NCBI GenBank assembly: GCA_965217895.1
Contig: CBDCJV010000002.1
Coordinates: 2,144,001 to 2,208,000, forward strand
Source of the DNA: Waterburya sp.
GTDB lineage: Bacteria; Cyanobacteriota; Cyanobacteriia; Cyanobacteriales; Xenococcaceae
Direction of reading: 5' to 3'
DNA length: 64,000 nucleotides
Shown here: positions 59,202 to 64,000 of the stretch, piece after piece
Numbering within the stretch: position 1 is the stretch's first letter
Layout: each line of letters opens with the position of its first letter
The notes under the pieces: generated by a model
The model's database searches: none
Seen by the model: only the letters and a program-made list of their open reading frames with translations
What the model was told of the DNA's origin: nothing
Position numbers and translations under genes: made by a program

Positions 59202-59302
59202 GCCCACCAAACCCAAATTATTGATTGTCTGGTTTTTAATTTGGTGGGCAAATCTTTTTGTCTGAAATGCTCTTCTGTCTTCTAACTTTTTGCCCACCCT
59301 AC
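59202..59302. repeat. Compound REPIN-like repeat
   Basis: GCCCACCAAA (59202) ... TTTGGTGGGCA (59240) ... TGCCCACCCTAC (59291). Confidence 0.7.
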
Positions 59303-59595
59303 AGTAAAACTATTAGCGTGTTTACTTGTTGAGCAAGCAAGCGTCAAATTTTTCTTAATTTGAGGTTTCTTTGGCGATCGCACTTTATGGTAAAATTATT
59401 TTCATAATGGGTGTGGTGACTTCAATATCTAACTCCAAATCTTCCCATTATGAAAGCTTCAATTTCAATTAAATCACGTTTGGCGATCGCTAGTCAAGAT
59501 TTTTGGCGTTTTTTTCTAGAAACGCGAAATTCTCTAAAATGGTGACAAGATTTTATAGTTCCCCATTACAAGAAAGTTAAAATTAATGCAGAGTG

Positions 59596-61506
59596 TCAAA
59601 AAGGGTAAAACAAAGGAGTTAGACTAACTGTAATCAGCCAAAATAAAATATTTAGAGGAATTCCAACGCGCATAAAATCGGTAAACTTATAGCCTCCCGG
59701 GCCGTATACCATCAGATTGGTTTGGTAGCCAATAGGAGTAGAAAAGCTAGCAGAGGCAGCGATCATAATAGCGATCGCAAAAGGCAAAAAGCTAACGTTT
59801 AAGCTCTCAGACAAAGCAAGAGCAATAGGAAAAATCAAGGCTGCTGCTGCGTTATTGGTAATTGCTTCTGTCAGAATGTTGGTAACGGCATAAATTATCG
59901 CTAAAGCTAGCCAGGGATTGTCTCCTGCAAAGGTAACAAGACCAGAGGCGATCGCTCCTGCTGCCCCCGTAGACTCTAGTGCTTTGCCGATGCTTAAAGC
60001 TGCACCGATTACTAGTAATACCGACCATTCAATATTTCCTAAAGCTCTAATTGAAGAACAACAGCCCGTTAAGATCATTGCTACTGAAGCCAAGATTGCC
60101 GCCTTGAGCATACTCATCAAGCCTACAGCAGTCAGTAAAACCATAACCGCTAGAATAGCAACCGCCAGAGTCGCTTTTTCGTGACGCAGAGGCTCAGAAT
60201 CAGGAATACCGTTAACTAAATAAAAGTCATTAGATATGCGCTGTTGAGCTAAAAAATTGGCATTGGCTTCGAGCAATAAAGTATCTCCAGGTCGCAGACG
60301 TATACTACCTATTTTGCCTCGCAAACGTTCGCCGTTACGGGCTACAGCTAAGACTACAGCCTTGTACTGAGTTCTAAATTTACCTTCGCGAATAGTTCGA
60401 CCCACTAGCGGACAAGTATTTGACACCACTGCTTCAATTAAACAACGCTCTGAGCGCGGGGTATCAAGCTTAAATACTTCGTCCGTATCAGGTTGCAGTC
60501 CCCTGAGGCGATGTAAATCGACGATGGAATCAATCATGCCAATAAATGCCAGGCGATCGCCGTCCCGCAAGATTTCTTTGGGGCTAACTGCGGGGATAAC
60601 GATTTGATTGCGCATAATCTCAACTAAATATAGCCCTGGTAAGTGCCTTAAGCCAGCATCTTCAATGCTCTTGCCAGCTAAGGGGCTATGATCAGAAACC
60701 ACCATTTCTACGGTGTACTGGCGTACATCATCGGTTTCACTAATTACAGGCTGACGATCGGGTAAGACCCAAGGATGAGCAAAAAATAAATAAATCATCC
60801 CAGCGATCGCGCAGGGTAATCCGACTACCGCTAAATCAAACAACTTCAAGCCAGGTAAATCTGTCGCCGATATTAACAAGCCATTAACTACTAAATTGGT
60901 ACTCGTGCCAATCAAAGTGCAAATGCCTCCAAATATGGCTGCATAACTCAAGGGAATCATTAATTTAGAAGGACTAATCCGCAGTTTTTTTGACCAATTA
61001 CTCACCACAGGAATAAACATCGCCACTACGGGAGTATTATTGAGAAACGCACTCATACCCATTACAGGAGTCATCAAGCGCAACAGAGCAGCATTTTGTC
61101 CTTTAGGCAGTCCTAAAACTCTTTGAGAAATCCAGTTTAAACCTCCCGTTTGCGATAAACCTGTAACTACAATATAAAGTACGGCTACAGTAATCATTCC
61201 TGGATTGCTAAAGCCAGCTAAAGCATCTGACTCTGTCAAGATACCGCTAACATATAAAACTGCCGTACCACCTAAAAAAATAACTTCGGCAGGCAAAGTT
61301 GCGATCGCATTAAGCAGAAAGACACCTAGAGTGACGGCAATTGTTGCCCATCCTTGCCAAGAAAGCTCGAAATTAGAGGCAAAATCCGCAGTAAATAGAG
61401 CAATTGCACAGGAGGTAATAAAACCCACTAATGCTAACAAAAATAGTTGTTTACGAGTGCTATAGGCGGAAATACGGCGAGAAAATTGTCGCGTCTCCAT
61501 GCTCAA
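59596..61506 (-). CDS. SLC13-family permease with two TrkA-C domains (possible Na+/sulfate or dicarboxylate symporter)
   Basis: SAFLNNTPVVA, TLIGTSTNL, TNNAAA and TPIGYQTNLMVYGPGGY motifs. Confidence 0.9.
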   Translation of the reverse strand: MSMETRQFSRRISAYSTRKQLFLLALVGFITSCAIALFTADFASNFELSWQGWATIAVTLGVFLLNAIATLPAEVIFLGGTAVLYVSGILTESDALAGFSNPGMITVAVLYIVVTGLSQTGGLNWISQRVLGLPKGQNAALLRLMTPVMGMSAFLNNTPVVAMFIPVVSNWSKKLRISPSKLMIPLSYAAIFGGICTLIGTSTNLVVNGLLISATDLPGLKLFDLAVVGLPCAIAGMIYLFFAHPWVLPDRQPVISETDDVRQYTVEMVVSDHSPLAGKSIEDAGLRHLPGLYLVEIMRNQIVIPAVSPKEILRDGDRLAFIGMIDSIVDLHRLRGLQPDTDEVFKLDTPRSERCLIEAVVSNTCPLVGRTIREGKFRTQYKAVVLAVARNGERLRGKIGSIRLRPGDTLLLEANANFLAQQRISNDFYLVNGIPDSEPLRHEKATLAVAILAVMVLLTAVGLMSMLKAAILASVAMILTGCCSSIRALGNIEWSVLLVIGAALSIGKALESTGAAGAIASGLVTFAGDNPWLALAIIYAVTNILTEAITNNAAAALIFPIALALSESLNVSFLPFAIAIMIAASASFSTPIGYQTNLMVYGPGGYKFTDFMRVGIPLNILFWLITVSLTPLFYPF

Positions 61507-61653
61507 TCCTCTAGAGATATTATTTTCTCAGTTAGTGTATCACGAATAAATCTTAAACGTTTTAAAATGCAATTAAATACTCATCCTACTTTATTTCTAA
61601 ATTAATCGCCTCAAAATAATCCTTAATTTGACTAACGCGTGTAGTAATTAAAT

Positions 61654-62442
61654 ATGAGCAAATCAACTGTAGAATCTGAAAAATTAGAGATGATTGAATA
61701 TCTAACGCAAAAAAATTTTTTGTTTAAAGATTTAGATCGATCGTGGCTAGCCGAACAAATCGCTTCACAACAGCTTGTTGTCGAAAAATTATACTCTAGT
61801 CGCCCTGTATATACGGCATTTCGCCCTGATACATCTTTAGAATATTTATATGCGGTAATTCAAGGCGGACCAATTGTTATCCGCTCTACTCCTTTAGATC
61901 GTATTATCGCCCTAACCTATGCCAATAGCTGTTTTGGAATGCAAAATCTGGCTTTGAGCTATGGTAATTTCTCCAGTGGTTTTCCTAGTTTAGTAGAGGC
62001 TTATAAAACGGCAGACGTGGTTAAAATTCCGATTGAGGTTATTAAATCAATACATCAAGAATCTGAAATATTTCGTCAGCGTTATGGGCTAATGTTTGAA
62101 TTGCAGGAAAAATTTCAATATCATTTGCTTAATTGCAGCACCTATCCTCCTCAAGCGGTGGCAGCTTTATTGAGAGCTTTGATTTATCAAGAGAGAGAGC
62201 TAGGTAATCAACCTCAAGCTAATGGAGTATTTGTTTTTGATTTGCCTGTAGATGTGATTGCCAAAGCTTGCCAACTAAATAATCGCACTGTAGAACAAGT
62301 TTTAAAAGGAATGACAAAAGTTGGGTTGCTTAAATCTCAAAAAGGTTCTCAAGGTGATTTACTAAGTGTAGTTAATCCAGAGGAATTGAAGGTGGTCTAT
62401 GGGGCAACTCGCGATAAAGTTGCCTGGTGGCCCTTGCGTTAA
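61654..62442 (+). CDS. Crp/Fnr-family regulator-like protein
   Basis: Degenerate cNMP-binding-like N-terminal region; C-terminal HTH (LPVDVIAKACQLNNRTVEQVL). Confidence 0.6.
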   Translation: MSKSTVESEKLEMIEYLTQKNFLFKDLDRSWLAEQIASQQLVVEKLYSSRPVYTAFRPDTSLEYLYAVIQGGPIVIRSTPLDRIIALTYANSCFGMQNLALSYGNFSSGFPSLVEAYKTADVVKIPIEVIKSIHQESEIFRQRYGLMFELQEKFQYHLLNCSTYPPQAVAALLRALIYQERELGNQPQANGVFVFDLPVDVIAKACQLNNRTVEQVLKGMTKVGLLKSQKGSQGDLLSVVNPEELKVVYGATRDKVAWWPLR

Positions 62443-62859
62443 CTATAGTTTATTTCAATATTGCTTTGGCTTTAATGGCAAAAAATTTAGCACGACTAAG
62501 CTGATAGGCGATCGCATTTTTTGGCAGCATCTTTAATATGGATTATCTTATGGCGATCGCTTATAAATCTCTAGAACTTTTGTTAGCTTTCTAAACCGTC
62601 AAGAAATTTGTCGTTTTTTTCAGAGGCAATCGTTTTAGAATCAATTAAAAGGTTATTAAAGGCGATTTCGCTCAATTTGTTAATAAGTCACCTGATATAT
62701 TATCAAATGTCATTTCATTAGTAAATTTGACTAGACTAAAGAAAGATGAAAATAATCTGTTTATTTTGTAACTTTATAATTACTGTATCAAATCTAAACT
62801 TTATACGGATTTTATATATACAAAAAGTATAACTATATAAATTAATCAATTAGATTACA

Positions 62860-64000
62860 ATGCGAGAGGCTCAAACTCTACTAGATAATCGCTATTCCAT
62901 TTTACATATAGAACGTACCAGTAATTTTAGTAAGGTTTTTTTTGCTTTAGATACTTACCAAAATCCACCACGTAGTTGTGTAATTAAAATACTTCAACCG
63001 ATTGTCCAAAAACCACAGGTTGCTCAATGGATACAAGAGGAATTTCAAAAGGAGGCAAACCATCTCAAACAATTAAGCTTGTGTAATCCTTGTCTTCCTC
63101 AAATTTATACCTATTCAAAAGATTCTTTAGGCTATTATCTAGTTCGAGAATTAATTGAAGGCATAACTTTAAAAGAACAAGTTGAGACCAAGGGTAAGCT
63201 ATCTGCTATAGAGGTTAGACAGATATTAGTCAAACTTTTAAAAGTGTTGAACTATCTGCACAAAAGAAAAGTAATTCACCAAAACATTAAACCTAAAAAT
63301 ATCATTTTACGTGACAACGATCATCTGCCAATGTTGATCAACTTTGGCAGTATTAGGCAGATAGTCACGACCTTTGATTTTTGTGGAGATAGGCAAATAT
63401 TCTCTTCTAACAATGTTTATGGTTATATTCCCTCAGAACAAGCTTTGGGACAGTCTGTACCTGCTAGTGATTTATATAGCTTAGGATTGACGGCAGTTTA
63501 TTTATTGACGGCTAAAAATCCTTTGGATTTGCATATCGATTTAAATTATGGCAACTTTGAAATGCCTTTAGAAATAAGTCATACAGATCCTGAGTTAGCA
63601 GCAATTCTTGCCCGTGCTATTAGTTTAAACTCAAGCGATCGCTATAGTTCGGCTCAAGAAATGCTCGATGCTTTGCTGCAAATAAAATCTCAGCCATCTC
63701 TAGACAAGGACAAGCCAGAAAATTCCGAAATTTCATACCTTAACCTTGATACACCGTCGTCAAAGCCTGAAGGCTCATTTTCGACTTCCAAAGCCGTAGC
63801 CGTCGAGCGAGCAAACAAATACGATTTTAGTTGGTGGAAAATCATCATTTACATTCTCAGCAGTTTGTATTTTTTAGGTGCAGGCATAATTGCTTTATAT
63901 GACTGGAATTCAAGCCAAAATACTTTTATTCCTCAATTGCCTGAACCATCGATACCATTCCCCTCTACTTTAAGCGATCCAACTAAAGCAGTCAGTAAAA
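62860..64000 (+). CDS. Ser/Thr protein kinase-like membrane protein (pseudokinase), runs off the window end; not in ORF track
   Basis: LLDNRY, CVIK, YLVRELIEG, VIHQNIKPKN, LINFG, GYIPSEQ and SDLYSLG motifs; TM helix near 63830-63900. Confidence 0.88.
   Translation, partial: MREAQTLLDNRYSILHIERTSNFSKVFFALDTYQNPPRSCVIKILQPIVQKPQVAQWIQEEFQKEANHLKQLSLCNPCLPQIYTYSKDSLGYYLVRELIEGITLKEQVETKGKLSAIEVRQILVKLLKVLNYLHKRKVIHQNIKPKNIILRDNDHLPMLINFGSIRQIVTTFDFCGDRQIFSSNNVYGYIPSEQALGQSVPASDLYSLGLTAVYLLTAKNPLDLHIDLNYGNFEMPLEISHTDPELAAILARAISLNSSDRYSSAQEMLDALLQIKSQPSLDKDKPENSEISYLNLDTPSSKPEGSFSTSKAVAVERANKYDFSWWKIIIYILSSLYFLGAGIIALYDWNSSQNTFIPQLPEPSIPFPSTLSDPTKAVSK

Larger units (their letters stand above)
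1..64000. repeat. HIP1 octamer GCGATCGC dispersed throughout
   Basis: Dozens of copies in genes and intergenic regions, typical of many cyanobacteria. Confidence 0.95.

Overview
Chromosomal window from a cyanobacterium: about 38-40% GC by eye, dense HIP1 octamers (GCGATCGC), and photosystem II genes. The repeat content looks Pleurocapsales-like, which is an inference. Most of it is housekeeping: sppA, desC, a Pho regulon block (sphR-sphS-phoU-porin-pstS with Pho boxes), rpmF, cysS, wecB, sdhC, dnaX, pfkA, aroE, rubA-ycf48-psbEFLJ, mnmE and queC. Accessory parts are Nit1C satellite genes with a P450, a Pel-like GT4/membrane protein/GH135 trio, Uma2, CARDB and GDSL proteins, and a pseudokinase. 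Most notable: (1) A 380-aa DnaX intein carries a LAGLIDADG homing endonuclease in the overlapping -1 frame. Its natural ATG and Cys-rich N-terminus are cut off by two stops that sit at synonymous positions of the intein frame. Just past the last stop there is an in-frame A_AAA_AAG slippery site and a stem-loop that could feed ribosomes into the endonuclease frame. (2) The 3' end of cysS is present three times, each copy separated by a small cargo gene, like a stacked cassette array. (3) Several very small palindromic mobile repeats are inserted in-frame in genes (cysS, P450), into a HIP1 site, and nested inside each other. No rRNA, tRNA, CRISPR array or transposase was recognised. All calls come from manual motif recognition; no database searches were run.
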